The notes beneath the pieces were generated by a model, which saw nothing but the letters and a program-made list of their open reading frames with translations, did no database searches and was not told the origin of the DNA. From Selaginella moellendorffii (lineage: Eukaryota; Plantae; Lycopodiophyta), in contig NW_003314348.1 in assembly GCF_000143415.4 (NCBI RefSeq), positions 288,085 to 352,084 of the forward strand: DNA of 64,000 nucleotides, written 5' to 3'. Below are positions 61,921-64,000 of the stretch, one piece after another. A program made the position numbers and the translations under genes. Each line of letters begins with the position of its first letter. Positions within the stretch are counted from its first letter, which is position 1.

Positions 61921-63223
61921 TCAAAACGGGACCAAAGAGACGCCTTTGCCATGATGCCAAGCCAAGCTCGTCTGCGTGAGAAAGGCTGCCAGCGACCACA
62001 AGGAGAAAATGCCCAGAAGTTGCAACGATGACAGGAGCATCTGTAGCGAGCTCGTAATCGCCGTGGTCTGCACTGATGCCTCCAGTGTTTTCATGGAAAA
62101 TATAAGCCCCGCGACAAGCTGTGCTGCTCTGTTTAGCTGGTGAAGACGATAAACCTGGAATATCAAGCTTTACAAGCTGGCCTCTACGAAAAACTCATTG
62201 CCAAGCAAACCTGGAAAATCATCGGTACTAGAGGTCGAATCGATGGCTTGTCTTCGGCAAACTTCTCTCCGCAAAATTGCACCACCAGCCCCGACACATA
62301 TGGAACTAGAGCAGCGATGGCCGCGGGGCCCGTATACTTCCAGGCCACGAAGAAACTCGAAACAGCCAAGACCGTGGAGAGAGCGGTGCATACCGTGGCC
62401 GACACATTGTATCCCCAAGTGTAGGAAGCAGCAGCTAAAGCATCGCCTTTGGAACCGCGAACACGAACAGGTCCTCGAAACTTATGAGCAACGAAAAGGA
62501 ATGCTGATACTCCGATGTAAAAGTAGGCTTCCGTGAAGAACAAAATGATAAAATCTGCATTCACGAGAGAGATTAAGTCGATCTCAATGGAGATGGAAAA
62601 AAGAAAAGCGAGACAGAAGAAAGATGGTGAGAAGTACCTGTTACTACTGTATCGTCGAGAAGATATTCAAAGACGGTCCGAAAAACGTATGGCGGTAGCA
62701 CGACCGAAGCAACCAGCACAAAAGGTCCAAGCAGCCAGAGAAGCGATCGTCGCTTCACTCCTGTGAGCAAACGATCTTCTCCAGCAGCTCCGCTATAGAA
62801 CGAAACGAATCCAGTTTTGCCGCTGATATCTGCGTCCTCCAAAAACTCCAAGTCGATGTGATCGGGTTCTTGAGAAGCTGCTGCTACTTCTTCTCCAGCA
62901 GGGTTCTCTTGCGAGTCGAATTCTTGCGGGCTGTTGCTGCTCGTCACCTCGTCTTTCAGAGAGACTCCACGAGACAACCGGCATTTTGATCCACCTCGGA
63001 GTCGTTCCAGTCGCGAAGCTGGGGTGATCAATCGGGAAGAAACGTTTGGAGCAACGGCAGTGAGTCGACTCGAGAGGTTTGGAGTAGCGGCAATCCTTCC
63101 TTTTAGCTTGAGCGAGCTCCTGGACCCGGTCTTTAATCGCGCTAGCTCGCTACTCCCGATAGCGTACCTGTTATACGCTGGTTGCGCCGGGAGCAAGAGC
63201 GCCGGGGCAGCCAATCCTGCCAT
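61921..63223 (-). CDS. Multi-pass membrane protein of unknown function, probably plastid-targeted (resembles the Arabidopsis At5g63040 family, from memory)
   Basis: Exons 63223-62638, 62554-62211 and 62154-61921 join in frame via GT-AG introns. Ser/Arg/Ala-rich N-terminus, several hydrophobic segments, and the motif IFQVYRLHQLNRAAQLV. Confidence 0.85.
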
Positions 63224-63368
63224 TACCACGACCGCGACCACGATCGACGCCTACGCCACGTCCATTCCCTGCAAAATCTCGTGATTTCTAACGCCCTAGC
63301 ATGGAACACCTTCTTACAGGGAATGCGCGCAACTCTCTCGCCAAGCCCTAACAACAATGTTCATGCCA

Positions 63369-63406
63369 GCCACGTGTCATAAGGTTCCAGCTTGGACGAC
63401 ACGTGT
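63369..63406. promoter_or_regulatory. Paired G-box/ABRE elements upstream of the membrane protein gene
   Basis: GCCACGTGTC and ACACGTGT, about 150-180 bp upstream of the ATG at 63223. Confidence 0.55.
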
Positions 63407-63493
63407 ATCCAACGTGTCATGGCATTTTTGTAAACGCTGTCCTGAGATTCGGGCTTTTAGATCAAAGATTTTTTCTTGACAGCAACGGCGGCT

Positions 63494-63829
63494 GAATATT
63501 CGATGGGGACAGTGACGCGCGAATATTCGCGCTGGGGACCACGCACGATGGATGAATATTCACCACCCATTACCAATGAGAATATACTCACTGAGAGCAA
63601 ATAAATCGTGGCGCCATAGAAAACGATTATAGCCCAAATCTGTGAACGAGAGTCGCACACAAAAACTATAGTCCCCAAACTAGAAAGGCGACAAAGCCTG
63701 GAGAAATACCGGCATGCCGTACAAAGATTCCACGGTCCGTACTGGGCCCGCATCATCACGAATATGCTTCTGCGCCGCGGCATATTCGGCGGGATAAGTA
63801 TATGCTGCTCTTTTACGAAACGAATATTC
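63494..63829. promoter_or_regulatory. Cluster of eight P1BS (GNATATNC) motifs
   Basis: Matches start at 63494, 63521, 63554, 63580, 63760, 63780, 63798 and 63822; four are the perfect palindrome GAATATTC. Confidence 0.75.
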
Positions 63830-64000
63830 GCTCGGCGACACACAAAAAGAGGGCGGGGGAGCGCGGTTTGGTGATTTTTTGTTGATGCTTTGCGCAGCGG
63901 CTGTAGGATTTTTGATCAATTGCGCGGATGGGCGTCACGGAGCTCCAGGCGAGGTGAGGCTCTAGGGGAGATCTTCCCGAAAATTCGATGCTATCATGTC

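Overview
Eukaryotic plant genomic DNA. The 50-110 nt introns and the style of the PLS-class PPR gene suggest a Selaginella-like lycophyte (inference). Positions 1-40360 are a deep nest of retroelements. It holds five copies of a non-coding ~7.7 kb LTR element (family B, LARD-like, with minisatellite-bearing LTRs) and one young, intact Ty3/gypsy chromovirus (A, 6651-14021, single gag-pol ORF). It also holds a second, decayed chromovirus (E), a 5S-rRNA-bearing Cassandra-type TRIM, a second TRIM (D) nested inside it, and a 5'-truncated L1-type LINE. Four observations stand out. (1) The integrase gene of E carries two short GT-AG intron-like insertions whose removal restores the frame exactly. (2) A single Cassandra unit is fused between the LTR and PBS of E. 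(3) Shared LTR ends, PPTs and a fixed-position pre-PPT hairpin pair Cassandra and B with E, and TRIM D with A. (4) A covarying structured module with twin tRNA T-arm hairpins is shared by B and E. Positions 40361-64000 are genic. They contain an LRR pseudogene split by an old gypsy element, two 2OG-Fe(II) dioxygenase (pseudo)genes, AT-rich TE relics, a PLS-class PPR gene, a GARP/G2-like MYB gene, a putative plastid membrane protein gene, and a cluster of eight P1BS (GNATATNC) motifs at the right end. All alignments and counts were done by eye.
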